64,000 nt of DNA. Source: the human T2T-CHM13v2.0 reference genome, Homo sapiens. Shown here piece after piece: positions 1-15,608 of this stretch (position 1 is the first letter of the stretch; each line of letters opens with the position of its first letter). The notes beneath the pieces are model-generated. The model was not told the origin of the DNA. It ran no database searches and saw only the letters and a program-made list of their open reading frames with translations. A program made the position numbers and the translations under genes. The stretch lies in assembly GCF_009914755.1 (NCBI RefSeq), contig NC_060931.1; one strand, given 5' to 3'.

Positions 1-3000
1 AATCCAAGTGGATCAATAATCACCCATTTGTGAAAGGCCTTCTGCCACGTAACAGAAGTGGGAGAAACAAGTAAACAAATGCTTCTCGCAGTGAATATTC
101 AGATTGTCTATTTAATGTTAACTTGACGCCAAAATATTTTCCATGGGGCTGCCCCACTGGGAGGAATAGTGAAAGGTGAAGAAAAAAATAATTTTATATA
201 TAAAATTTCACTTCAGACGGATTTATAAGAATGTATTTTCTGCACAAATATAGGTCAAACAACATGGCTGTCAATCATGTTATTAATAGTTATTTTCCTT
301 CTTTAAATAACCCAGTCCAAAACTGGGTATTAACTTTGCCCCAAATATTTGAGTAGCTTGTCTGATCTCAAATTCACATCTCATCTAGTTTCACTGTCAT
401 TAGCAAACTGAGGCTGGCTTAGTTTTAAAATAGATATAAACTCAGCGAAACACATTTGCATCGGGCTTATAAATCATCACGAGTAAATGTCTTCCATGCA
501 GCAGGCTAGGTGTGCTGACTAGGAAAAGGCAAAGAGGACAGAGAAACTCCGGGGACAGAGGATTTAACTTCTAGCACCATCTCACCACCTTCACCAATAC
601 ATTTCTTAGTTTACAGCACCATCTAGTGTCTTCTTTACATTGTTTAGGGATTAAAGATGACACTGGATTCACTTTACTAAATGATTTGGCAACATAAGGA
701 CATGTTATTTGCACCATGTGTTTAGGACGTGTCCATTACGATCCCTTCTTCACAGACCTACACAAGCTTCCATCAGTGTGCGATGCCTTCAGAGCTTTCT
801 CCACTACCCCCTTCCCCCATTTTCATATGGAAGATATACCCTGTTAAGTCATAAACAGCTGGGGTGGGGGTATATCATTAAGTCAAAGCAGATTCAGTCC
901 CTAAGAAACAGATAAATGGCACTTTACATGAAAAGTCTCTAACACATGTGCAAAAGCCAAAGTCCTTACACATTTCTATCTAGAAAAGAAGTGAAGGTCA
1001 GGCTGCAAAAGTGTTTTCCACTAGACCATGTTCACTTGGCAAGCAATTTCTGTTAACTTCTAACCAATTAAAACTTTGTGCAAATATAACTTAACCTTCT
1101 ACTGAAACAGCTTTCTGAACAACAATTTATCTTCTATTCTCATGTATTCTAGTCACATGCACTTAATTTCCCATATATAGAGTTTGGACATAAGTAAGTA
1201 GAATAAGAAAACCAGGTATTATATGGTTAGAGTATTCTTCTCTATCATATTTATGGTATTTAAAGATATTCAGCAAACACAAAAGCAAACCACCTAACCA
1301 CAACTCCAAATAAAAATACAAATGGAATCAATGCTTTATTTCACGGGTTCCTACACACAGGCAGGATTTGAGGCAGAAAATAAAATCCCTAGAATTAGTC
1401 TGTCCAGCAAATGCATATAAATATCCTTGTACCTAGAAAGAGCTACACAGTCATAACTCTTGGCTTTCAGTGTTTATAAGAGAAACTTCCTTCTCCCAAC
1501 CTTTGTTGAAAATGGCATCCTCTCCTCTCTACCCAGCTCACAAAAGACAAGGGGAACCACCATTTTCAGTCTCTAGTAATTGAGAAAACACATATCAACA
1601 AACTGATGAATTTAACAATTTGTAAGAATATACGTTTTTTGGTTTTTCATTATGTACAGACACATCTGCAAAAGAGTCGTGGCCTATGCTAATGGGCAGT
1701 GGCAGGGCTCCAATCAGTGCTGGTGCCTATGGAGACTCAGAAGTCTCCACTCCGACTCCCAGGACCCACAGGCCACATGGGCAGAATCGCCATCCAAAGC
1801 ATATTCAAAGTTTGTGATGACATAAAATGGGACAAAAATAAACATATATCCTGGGCATAACATAGTTAGACAAAGCTAAAATCACAAGGATCCTCTCAGT
1901 CTGCTGAGGCTACACTCACTTGTTCCTGATTACTATTTACAGGTGGTTTCTTAATTATTTTTCTTAGAATGTTTTTTTTCTTCTCCTAAGACAAATGCAG
2001 GCTAGTGTATCCAGGAAGGCTGCATGCATATTTAATCCTATATCCAATTCCCTGAGGGCAGGGGCATTGTCTTCTGCTACCTTGAAACTCCATCCAGACC
2101 CTCCTCCAAGAAGATCCCAATATGACTTACAGATCCAGGGCCCTACTCAACAATTCTACAGATAACACAAAATATGGAGACTACTGATTCTCTGCTTTCA
2201 TAAAATCTGTCCTCTGCTCTCCTTAAAGCTACATTTAAATATACACATTCTTTCTAAATAAAGCACTACCCCGCCCTTTGAGTGTTTAAGTATCTATGGC
2301 TGCTATTTAGATTCAAAGCAACTAAGAAGCGACTGAGAGCCAAATCTCAGTCTACAACCACGAAGATGAGGCACAGAGCAGGCACAGCTCATGAGCTGCC
2401 TGGCAGGGTGCAGAAGGCTGGGAGACAAGAAGGGGAGCCCCTCCACGGAGAAGCCTCCGGCTCTACCCCAAAGACTACCATCGGATATGCAGACAGCCCT
2501 GAGCTGCATCCCTGGCCCTTTTGGACTTTAGGCAAGCTGCTCCAGTCTTCCGGCCTCCTCTTAGTCCCAACTCGAGGGGCGATGGTGTTTATGGCTCCCA
2601 GGATGCCGCCCGACCTTAAGGCTCTCCAGACCCTTTCTTCTTTGTTTCCTTGAAAATGTGACTGTTAACAGTGGATAGAGAAAAACCTGTATTTTACAAA
2701 TGAGCTGCTAAAATCATATCTCCCTTGTGGAAGGAGAGAGGATTCTTACAACGCAACAACCAGGAAATGATTCTGTTGCCAGAATAATCTGGTTTATGAG
2801 CCTCTTTCCTCTGTGTGCACACGGAGCCTGCCATGAAGCACTGAAAAGACTGCCTGGGCATCTGAGTGTATTTGAGTTTATGGGGCTCCTTCAAAATGCA
2901 AAAGTAAACATTTGACATGCTTTCTTCAAGTTTCCATTTGCATTTTTCACGTTTCACGGGGGCTGCACCCTTGCCTTCCATGTGAGGTGTAACTTCCCCT

Positions 3001-4139
3001 TTTAAGTCATTTTGCCCTAGCCTTCCTGCTTCTGCGCCTGGTAGGAGTTTAATTTCACCAGCCAGGGCTGCCAACCTAATAGAATTTCTGACTCTGGGTG
3101 TGTCAGTGCTGAGCAGAGGAGTCTCTGAGCCCCGGGTTGATGAATCCTGAGTGTGTCAGGTGATCCTTAGAAGAAACAGAGCAGGAGATGGTAGGGGGCT
3201 TTGCTTTCCTTGGCTGGAGGCAGCCCTGCTACCCACTCAACCCAATGTTTCTGTTGCCCCCCAGCACTGGCCACCTTGGGAACCAAGATATTGGGAAGGG
3301 ACCTGAAGGGCATAAGGGAATCCAGAGACTCTTGAGAAGGGATCGTAGCTCACCTCAGAACGCCTGGAGCAGTTGGCTAAACACAGCAATTTTAGGAGCC
3401 CCTGACCCCTTTGTCCAGAGTGTGGTGAGTCACTCCAGTGAGGAAGAGAGTTTGGCAGGTGGCAGCCTGCCTTGGCATCTGTTTGGGTAGATTGCTAGGC
3501 TCTGCTCATTTTGGCCTACACCTCTGCTGACGTTTTCCCCAGGCTCTGGGATTTAGGTGGGAAAAGTCATTAACGTGCCCTCAGGCAGGGTCAGAGCCAT
3601 GATATCTGCTATTTGGTGTTTTTGGGTAAGTGTGTGAAAAGGATTGGTAACCGTATTTGAAAATCAATGATCATGTCGGCTCAACATCACCCGAACAAAG
3701 GGATGACCCTCATTTTTGCTTTTTATCTTTCAGGCCTTTAGTATTTCCAGTTAAGTATTTGACAAGTTAAAAACCAATATATATACTACTTTGTTTCTGT
3801 ACTTTTTGGCTTGTCACTTTATAGCAGTGGTTTGAAAAGTTTTAAATCAGAAATGAGTATTTACACTTTGGAAAATATATTTGAATCAGAGAGGAAAGGT
3901 GGCCTAAGGAATGAGATTTCATGACAGAAAATGGTTTTTATTAATTAGTAACTGTCAGCATATATTTTCTGGTCCAATTCAAAGGGGAGGGAAACATAAA
4001 TCTGTTAAATCTCAACGCTCACACTGAAATGTTGCAATGGGGAAATTTGGGCTTATTCATATTCAATAATTAAATATCTTCAAAGCTTAGAAGAAATACA
4101 AATTTGTTTTTCTTTCTTTGTTCTATTTTTAAAAAGTAA

Positions 4140-5010
<871 letters not shown>

Positions 5011-7253
5011 CGCAGTTTTTAAATTGAATTGTTCCCAGGTTACCCTCCAGGTGATGCCAAGCAGATTGGCTTGTTAAAGGACCAGGACAAGGCTAGTCAT
5101 TTCCTAAGTTACACTAAACATAGATTCCTCTTCCTAGAAAAATAAGAATTTTCAGTATAAATGTGTATGCTTCCCCACCAATCCTGCAGAACATGGCAGG
5201 TGGGATTTTAAAAAACTGTTTATCTTTAATGACACATGCAAAGTGCCGCCGCCAGTGGAGGCTCATTAAATTAAACTTATAAAAATGTAGAAAGTCTATC
5301 TCCTTTTACACACAGCTGGGCCAACAGCCCCTCACCCATTTCCCCAGGACAACTGGTAGCAAAGGCTAAAGTCTAGGACAAACTTCAGAATCAAATGCAG
5401 ATAGCCTGGCGGCCAGACAACTGCAACTCAATCATCACCAAAAAAAAAAAAAAAAAAAAAGGTAAGGTAATAATTAATCACTCTGTACTTTGATTCCAGT
5501 GAGATTTTTTTTTTAATTGTGGTTTAGGGAGTTGTACAATAATTATATTTAAAAAAAATAAGGAAAGCAATTCATCTTAGCGATTTCATCAAAGACCTGG
5601 CATCCAATGTTCAGTGAGCATCCCCTAGAAAAGCATGTAAAGTTTCCTTTTCCTTGGTTTCATCCTGCTACACTGCTGCAAGGAAGCACCTGGGCATTAC
5701 TAAGATCCCGTCAGGCCCTTTATGACTGCCTGGACTCTGCACCATAGAGCCTATACAACACAGGAAAACAAATTTTCCACTACCAAAACATTACAGCCTG
5801 CCCAGCAAGAACCAAAAACCTAAGCTAAAACTGCATTTAATATGCACAGATTCAGCTAAGCAATTTCTATCTGTACTACTCAAAAGACACTTCGGGAGTG
5901 ACAGAGAAACATACCCACAAAATATTACTCAAAAAGAGCAAAGGATTAACTGTATCTTTCCCAAGTCTTCCTTAGCCATTTGATCTGTTTCCTCTCAGGC
6001 TTTTTATTTCAATTCCTAACTCTTCTATTACATCACAAGTCACGGAGAAGCAGAAGTACAAGAAACTATATAAATAACTTGTCATTCTGGAAGGTTCTCA
6101 TTTTCCATGAACCCTAAAAATATTAGCCCGAGAACACTGGAACTGAAGAGGGAAAATCCAGGTTATGGTCCAAATTTCTGTCACTCACTAGCACTGTGCT
6201 CTCTCAGAAAGTCCATTTTTTAAAGGTAAATTAGACACCGGGGAATCTTTACCATCACATCCAATGTTAACACTCTATGATTCTGTGGATTTAACTCCAT
6301 AAATTTAAAATCCATTCATTTACCCGATATTTTTCTTCATTCAACAAATATTTGCTGAACACTAACTACATCACTTCAGGTATTGGAAATACAGATGTTA
6401 ACAAAACAGAGACAAATCCCTGCCACCTCGATGCAGTGACGTCTTAAGCAACGATCTTTGGAAAAGGATTTACAAGGCTAAATATAACATAGCAAGAAAG
6501 GACAGGAAACTGTTTTTACTACTTCTGGAAAAATAATTCCCTCCACAAAGAAGCTAAAACCTGCTTCAGTTAAGTGGCAACTAAAGGAGAGACGAGGGGG
6601 TGGACATATCCCGTAGGAAAGAGTGGGCACCCAAGGGCAAGGGGTACTGGAGCCCGAAGGAGGGATCCCAAGCCCCAGCGTTCTGCAAGAGAGGTGAAGG
6701 ATGAGTGGGAAGTCAAGGGAAGTGCAGAGTCGAGTACAGTGTGCGTCCTCAGATGAAGAGTTTCTTGGCAGAGTTCATGACGCTCCCAGTTTATAAAAGT
6801 ATCCCAGAGGCCAGAAATTCTCCTAGGATGGTTATGCACACTGCTTGGCAGAGAGAAGAGTTTTAAAATGAGATCTCTGTTTACAGACAAGACAGTCAAG
6901 TAGAGGGCATTCAGCTCTAAAAAGAGCCTGAATTCTAAGGCATCAGGATGAGAAAAGTCATTCTAGGAGAACAGTACCAGGCGATTCCAAGAAATGGCAG
7001 TTCTCCAAAAACTGAAATGCCCAGGAGAGAGGAGCTGGTTTTCCAGAATGTGGATGGAAATGCAGTGTAACCAGAAAAACAGGACACTCCAGATGGGCCT
7101 TAAGGGGCAGATGATCTAGAGCTGTAACCCTCAAACCGCCAGATGCATGGGGCCACCTAGGAACTTCTGGGGTGGGAAAACCAGTTCCTGAGATGCACCT
7201 GGCATTCTGATTCCCAGTCTCCGGGGGTGGGCTCAGAAAACGAACAGAGTTCC

Positions 7254-7613
7254 TGTTAGGGTCTGAATATCTGTGTTCTCCCAAAATTCATGTGTTGAAA
7301 TCCTAACCTCTACAGTGAAGGTATTAGGAGGTGGGGCCTTTGGGAGGTGATTGGGTCATTGGGGTAGAACCCAAATGATGGAATTCGTGCCCTTATAAAG
7401 CCCTGGAGAGACCCTTCCCCATTCCACCATGTGAGGACACGGCAAGAAGACGCCATCTGTGATGCAGAGGGAGAGTCATCATCAGTTGCCAGATCTGGGA
7501 GCACCTTGATCTTGGACTCCCCAGCCTCCAAAGCTGGGAGAAATAAATTTATGTTGTTTGTAAGCCACCCAATTGATGGCATTTTCTTACAGCAACTCAA
7601 ACAGACTAAGACA
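7254..7613 (+). mobile_element. Solo MaLR LTR (MLT1A-type)
   Basis: TG...CA ends, MLT1 motifs (ggtattaggaggtggggcctttgggaggtgatt, AATAAA, gactaagaca); perfect 5-bp TSD GTTCC at 7249-7253 and 7614-7618. Confidence 0.9.
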
Positions 7614-10600
7614 GTTCCAAAATGAATGCTTACTATTTTTAAGATAATTATTTTTGAGGTGCCTTCTGAACAATGCTCCAGGGAGAGGGGATGCTCCAGG
7701 TTTTGATGAACAAAGTATGGAACAAGCACAGGGAGAGAGATTTCACAGTGGGGAGTCATGAGAGAGGAAAAGACTCATGTTTTGATTTTTATTGTTTCTC
7801 TCTATAGAACATTACATTATTAATCAGCATGACAAACAAAAGCCACCATTTTTTGAGCACCTGCAAGGTACCAGATACTATGCCAGGCAATTCTCATAGT
7901 TCAAGCTTTTCCTCATCTTCCTACCAAACCAGCCAAGCAGGCATTTTTATATATTTCAGGAGAAGAAACTGAGGCACCCAAAAACTTGGCTACCAAGACA
8001 CAGAGTGGAGAGTCTGCCTAACTCCAAAGTTGCACATACTGCCTCCTTACGTTTTAATAATTTTCTTTAGTTTTTTCCTCACTAAATGTAAGTTTTATTT
8101 TTTTATTTAGATACCTTCCTTTGTCAGTGAACTTGAGTTTCTAGAAGGCCGGAGCTGCCCTTGCCTCATGACCTTACCCTGAGTCTGGCACACAGCAGGT
8201 GCTCAGTACACGTTAGTTGAGTAGGTGGGAAATAGATTCATCAGTTTCCGTCAATCAAGCGGTAGAATTTTCCCGAAAGCCAGCCAGCCAGGCAGAGCTC
8301 CCAAACTCTCTGGAGGCTGCTGTATCTCCAAACTTTTAGTTTCTTGGAAAAAGGCCCAGAGGGTAACCCACCAGGTACATAAATGCCAGATTGTCTTATT
8401 CCAAAAATGGATGGCATGTGTCCAAAGAAGAGCTGTTCCAGGCCCAGGAATCTATTGGCAGGATACATTCCCCAGCAGTCAGGCCTTACCAAGTCTACCT
8501 GACCATGCCAGGCCTCCCTGCGACTCCGTAGGCTCCAGGAGTGACACTCAACAAGCCCTCCTCTATGGCGAGCCTTCACACCTCTGCCTTGAATCCTGCC
8601 TTGCCCATCCCAATAGTGTTTCTGTCCAGGAAGTGCAGCGAATTCAACGTCTGCCCTGGGCTTTTCTGCTCTGAGAAACCCCAGCCACCTCTTGCATGCA
8701 CGCTTCCCACATAAGCCCAAGCCTTTCATGTCTCCACTCAACCCTGGGTGCAGCTCCATGCATCTGCGGATCCTGCCGTAGGGAAGACACCATTTTGCAT
8801 GTCACTACCTTCTTCTCTGCTTCCGCATGGTGTCTACAAAACAACAAATCTGCTGTCCTTCTAAGGCACAGCAGCTGCCCATGATGTAAGGTCAGTCTCC
8901 CCCTCAGTACCTTGTCCTGCCAGCAGAGACCACAATGGAATATGAGAAGTTGGTGCTTGGTGGGATGCTGGGCGCTGCCCTGGGAAGATTTCTATTTCCA
9001 AATGGAAGGTGAAAATAAGTGTGTCTGACACATCGTGTACTTACTGCTCACATCTCCAAGAAGCATAGACACTTAGCACTCAACAAAGCCAAATTCAGTA
9101 TTGTATTTCACAAGTATTCCTCGTCTGTTCTGCTCAATGCAGTGTATGCTGGTGAAAAAGAGTGGTTCAGATTGAGAAACCGTGGAGGGGAGGGAGGAAC
9201 AGTACAAGAATCTAGCACTATGCCAAATGTTCACATATGGCATCTAAGTAGCCTTATGCCAAACCATGAGCTAAATGCTATCAGCCACATTTCACAAATG
9301 AGAAAACCAAGGTCAGCAAGGCTAAAACACACACTCAGCACCACACAGCTATGAGTAAAACTTGATTCCTCCTCTGGTTTAACTACAAATCCAACATCTT
9401 TCAGTTTTCCCAGATTTAAAAAACAAAAAACAACATGATCCCTGGGCTTAAGGAACATAAACTGCAAAGGCAGACATGTATTTGATAATTTAATAAAGTG
9501 AAGTATGACAGGTCTGGGGGAGAAGTAAAAAGCCACAGGGGATACCAAAGAGGAAGCAGCTGCTTTTAATGGGCAGAGGGAGAAAGAGAAACATCCAGGG
9601 AGAAGGTAGTGTCATCTTTGTCAGGACCAAAGAATGAGAGAAACTTAAACACTCAAAAGAGGTTAAATCATTCCTGGCTAGGGGCAGCCCATAGACAAAG
9701 GCCGGGGAGGGCAAAAATAAACAGCGGTTCCAGAAAGGTAAGCTGTCTATGCAGCTGGCCCAGGTGATGTGTGTACAGGAAGGATGTGAGAAGACGCCAA
9801 AGAGTAGAGTGAGGACTCACTCCTAGGCCACTGAATCCCACTCTCAGAGAAGACAATGGTGTTCCCAGACTGTTTAAAAAAAAAAAATCTGACAACCACA
9901 CAGAATGGCCAGAAGGTGCAGAGGCAGGCAGTGAGTGACAAGGGTGGGGGTCGGGTGGGTGAGGGGGGGCAGAGGTGGAGCAGATGTTGAGTGAGACCTG
10001 GGAGAAACCGAACTGTCGGCAAGCACATGAACAGGGAAAGATGGATTCCAGGTCACTGCAGAGTGCACCAGAAGTAGGGGTGGAGGTTATCAGGGGCATA
10101 CTGTGAGTCTGTGACAGGAAGTACTCCCAACCAAGGAGAGCTGGCCATGCACAGAGCCTGCTCCTGCTGGAGGGTGGAGGCCAGGAAGAGTCCAACCAGA
10201 CAATTTGCCTTCATCTCTCTCCGAAACCACTCCCTGCTTCAAATACCCACAGTGGATTAGCCTCAGTAATGACAGTCTAGAGTCACTGGGAGTGCCCCGT
10301 CCGCTCCAAGGTGGGGAAACCATTTTGCCATGATGCAGAAATCTAGCTGATCCCCCCCATCAGTAGCTGGGGTGCTGCAGGGAGTCCCCATTCAGGGTGC
10401 TGAGTCCCCAAGAGGAAGCACACTAGTTATGCAAAGGTACTTTCAGCCATTTGGTATGCAAGTAGATTAGAAGCCTGCTGCAATTATTTTTCAGTGCATT
10501 TAAAAATATATCCACAAAGATGGGAAGGTTAATGGCTGGGCACTAACTTCCTCTTGTCATTGCCCCCTCACTCTTTGAACAACTCAGGACTATCGTGAAA

Positions 10601-11143
10601 GACTTTCTTGGTCAGGCTGAATCCAAAGTTGAAGGGGTTAAGTGGCCAGTCCATGCAGGTTGTAAGGGAAATAGCTGGGGATGGGGGGACCACAAGGCAG
10701 GCTCCTGGCTCCAACACTTGCTGAGTCTCGGGGCGCCCTCGAACACCAAGCATTAAACACCACTGAAATGTCTGCTCCTCAGAGGATCACTGTAAGGATT
10801 GACTGCAAATGTGCACACAGTGTCTACCCATGGGTAAGAAACTAACATTTTTGAGGACCTCCTTAAAGATGGGATTAATTCATAGTGGGGAATATAATAT
10901 TAGCCATGTTAACAAAAGTGATATTGGAAACCTTGCTAAATTGCTTCTGAAGGCAATACTAGTACATTCTGTAGCAAATGACAGAGGGTTTTTTTTTTTA
11001 TTTTTTACTTGTAATCTAACTGAAATTCTCTAGTTTGACATCTTCCTTTGGGGATAGAGTTTAAAATTGTATAAGAAAGATAACTCATGCCAAAATAAGG
11101 AAGCATTCTACTTATCTGGAATGACTAGACTCTGGCTGATTAG

Positions 11144-11521
<378 letters not shown>

Positions 11522-12469
11522 TTAATTTAGGCAAAGTACAATATAGTGGAAAAATATAATACAGACATTGGATTTTAGGAGACAGAATATTCTCATTTCT
11601 ACCTAGGGGAAATTTAAAAGTATTCTTTCATCACTGATCTTAATGAAATGAAAGAATTATTTCTTTCTAAGTTGTACTCTGCTACTTCGAAAAAGGATTT
11701 GCACTTCCTTGGACGGAAACGGTCCATATGTTGTGGATCATTAAATCAGAAATGACTCACTGCTCACCACTGCATCCCCTGGGCCTGGGCCCCAGGCCTC
11801 CTATCGCCTACACGAGCAACCGATACTTGTTTCACAAATGAATGAACGAATGAACGAATGAATGAAAGACACAGGGAAACTGCGGAGCAACGGGATGAAA
11901 AGCAAACACACCAGGGGAACAGAAAGAGTTGCTGGGATAAAGCCCTCTATTGAGCTGCAAGCATCCTGACAGCTAAAGGAAACATGAAACATTAATGGAG
12001 TCCAATTATCTGCCAAAGGGGACCAGACAAAAGAGTGGCGTGAACTGTCAGAGCATGGGGAAGGCGAAGGCCCAGAATAGCTGAGATTTGAAAAATTACA
12101 AAGGATGACAATGGCTTTTTCAGTTCTGCTCCAAATAAGGACCAGGAGGGAGAGGTCTGCTGCTTGCCTAACACACTGGGGCAAAACAAAGAGAACACAG
12201 GCTCCTCAATGCCTTTTTTGTTCCTATCTTCCTTATTAAGACAAATGATCTTCAAAGTGGAAAGGAAGGAATAAGCACAATTAAAGGGAAACCACTGTCC
12301 CAGGCAGCGGGGGCAACTGTAGGGATTCGATCTACTGCTTTCAAGGCCAAGGAAAACTCAATCCCTACAGTTGAAATCTTGGTTTGAGCCACTGAACGAT
12401 CGAGGAATCAAAAAGAAAGAAAATACTGGTGGACTTGGATAAGGAAGGAGGGCTAATCTAGAAGCAGAA

Positions 12470-12690
12470 TAGTAGAGGGATGAAATGCTTAGAGGCCAGA
12501 GCCCACCAGTCTGGGTTCAAATCCCAGCTCTGCCACTCTCAAGGGCTGTGATCTGGGCAACTCCCCTACTTCTGGCTTCAGTTTCCTCAGTTTCCCTATA
12601 AATATGGAGATAATAATTGTGCCTACCTCATAGGATAGGTAGATTCAATGGGTTAAAATACGAAGCATAAGTTCTTAATAGGTTAGGAAC
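12470..12690 (+). mobile_element. MIR
   Basis: ctgggttcaaatcccagctctgccact...cttcagtttcctc...ataataattgtgcctacctcatagg MIR core. Confidence 0.75.
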
Positions 12691-13154
12691 CTACTACTAT
12701 AGCTGGAGAAGTCACTTAAACATGTAAGAAACAGAGATGAAGGTAAGAAATCATGACATATCTAATAAACTATACTATCATAATTTAACTGTAGGTTGCA
12801 GAATAATCATTAATGACATGTACAAATGCTATTATTTGGTGTGGCATGACTCCATTTCCATAAGGCAGAAATAAAATATGGGCATTAGTTATTTTGTGGG
12901 AAAAGGATTATAGATGATTTTTCTCCTAGCTTTTCTGCATCTCAACCCGAATAGAAGGTATTTAGTGTCTGGGGTGGGGGCAGTCACAGAAATCACAATT
13001 ATCATCAACTTTGGCATCAGTGTGCAACCGGAGACCAACATTCACTACTTTTCAGGACTATGCTGAGCGTTTCAGAAAAAGAAAGTTACCCCTGGAAATA
13101 GCACAGTTTCACCATGAGAAAATGATACTAACAAAAGTTACTTCTGCACAGATA

Positions 13155-13458
13155 CAGTTAGCCCCCCATATCCACAGATTTAACCAATTGAAGATTGAAA
13201 ATATTAAGAAAAACAGAGTGTACTTGCACATGTACAGACTTTTCTCTTGTCATTATTCTCCAAATAATTCAGTGTAACAACTATTTCCACAGCATTTACA
13301 TTGCATTAAGTATTATAAGTAATCTAGAGATGATTTAAAGTATAGGGGAGAAAATGTGTAGGTTATACGCAAATACTATGCCATTTTACATCAGGGCCTT
13401 GAGCATCCTTGGATTTTGGCATTTGCAGGAGGTTCCTGCAGATATCAAGGGACAACTG
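13155..13458. mobile_element. MER2-type Tigger DNA transposon (MITE)
   Basis: CAGTT...AACTG terminal inverted repeats after TA; diagnostic internal tattataagtaatctagagatgatttaaagtata. Confidence 0.85.
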
Positions 13459-14029
13459 TGTACACACACACACACACACGCACACATATATATATAATGA
13501 ATAAAATCTTCAAGATTTTTTGTGGATAACATAGTAAAAGATGAACTAGATAAGAGGACATTAGAGGAATCATGACACAATATGCTGTCTTCCTGCTTGA
13601 GTTCCTGTTCTCTCATCAATCATGCCCTCATCCAAACTGCTGCCGATATCTCATGAATGGCAAGGCACAGCAGGAAGACAGGGTGCTAGGGACCGGTTTC
13701 TACCTTTGCTTGCCTAGAGTAACCAGGACTTCCCACAAGAAGGGGAGAGGCAGGGGCTCAGGACCTTTCTGGAGTCCACAAGTCTATTAATTGCATGTGA
13801 GTTCAGGAATTCATTAAATATCTATGAAGTATGACTTCAGACCAGGCAGTATAGTAGAACCTTGTGGTATATACCAGGCAGTATATATGTCACAGTAAGA
13901 AAGACATGTGTACTGCCCTCAACAAATCTATGATCTAGGGAGAAAGGGAAAAATACAATATATAAAATAATGCTCGCAACAGGCAGCTTATACATATAGG
14001 TGTGTGCAGGGTGGCTCCTCTAAATTAAA

Positions 14030-14165
14030 ACCTGAGATGGACTTTGGCTTTGATTCCCATCCCACCACTGAGTTAACACCTGTCTGTGACTTCTGGGCAA
14101 GTTATCAAACCTCTCAGCCTCAGTTTTCCCATCTGTAGCTCTGATGAGGAAGATAAGACATGCAG
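14030..14165 (+). mobile_element. MIR fragment
   Basis: tgtgacttctgggcaagtt...cctctcagcctcagttttcccatctgta. Confidence 0.65.
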
Positions 14166-15241
14166 GGAGGTTCTAGCACAGGCCTCAAAGTCATCATCAG
14201 CATCATTATTTTTGCCAATAATTATGCATGATGGGTACATGCAAACGAAGAATCTAAAGTGCAAAGTGATTCCTAACTTACCCCCAGTCAAAGAGCATTG
14301 CTGGAAGAGACTAAAAGACAGAAAAACAGCCAGCCCAAAGCCAGGCTATGTCCCTCGGCACCTAATGTTGCTAAGAATGGCTTCTTGGAGGAAAAAAAAC
14401 AAAATTTTTTCTTGATCTATTTTACCTTCTCTAATAATTGGCATTCTTTTCTAATTTTGGTCTTTTCCTCTTGACAGTCTCTCCACTAAGAAATTGGTGC
14501 TTCTGAAATAGTCCATTCTCCAATCTTTTTTCTACACTTCCCCTGTTACTAGAAAGGAAAGCATTGCACCAAATACATTGCTACAAATTAAAGCTGCATG
14601 CCTATAACCAGTATTTCTGGCTTAAAGAAAACCAAGAAAAGAAGCTAAAGAAACTAAAGTCAGAAAACAGCCGTAATGGGTTGGAGAGGACCCCTGAACT
14701 CCAGAGCCTGAAAGACATTCCTCAAGTCAGGAGTTAAGTGTTTGTGTAGGATGTCTCCAACTGAGAGAATGAACTACTTACACTTCCTGGGTTATGACTC
14801 CAGCAATCAAGGAAAATGTTTTGATTCCAGCTCAGGAGGCTTTACTACGACAATCACACACACAGCCCTGTTCTCCAGACGGAACAAAGGCATGATGAAT
14901 GTGTGTGCTTTGCAGGCATGGGATTGGGGCGCCCGAGGTACACACGATGCAGAGGAGACAGACACAGAAGGCACAGAGGCTGGAAGAGCAGTCTCCACTT
15001 TCAGGCAGGACCATAGCCTGCCCTGCCCACAAGGCTAAAGCAACCACACCAGCAAGGAGAAAGGGAGACCCAAGCAGTTGCAGTCAGCAAAGAAGAGAAG
15101 CCAGCTGGAGCAACAAAGTGTCTCTGGCCAAGCAGAAGACAAAAAAAGCTGGGCAGAGACTCTGCAATGCTTCTGTTATGGAGAATAGAGGGAAGTGGGT
15201 GGGTGGGACCACTTCGTCTGTGGTCAGAAACTCTGCAATCC

Positions 15242-15608
<367 letters not shown>

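Noticed and set aside
5044-5135. Additional AG/GT-bounded pseudo-exon, and isolated donors at about 1918, 8175 and 60675
   Set aside because: Only one good site each or moderate scores; such pseudo-exons are common in long introns.
5244-5264. CTCF-like GCCGCCAGTGGAGGC
   Set aside because: Several mismatches in the GGGGGCGC half; too weak to call.
8225-8884. Cluster of 150-170 aa ORFs on both strands
   Set aside because: No recognisable protein similarity, exon boundaries or processed-pseudogene tail; expected in GC-richer intron.
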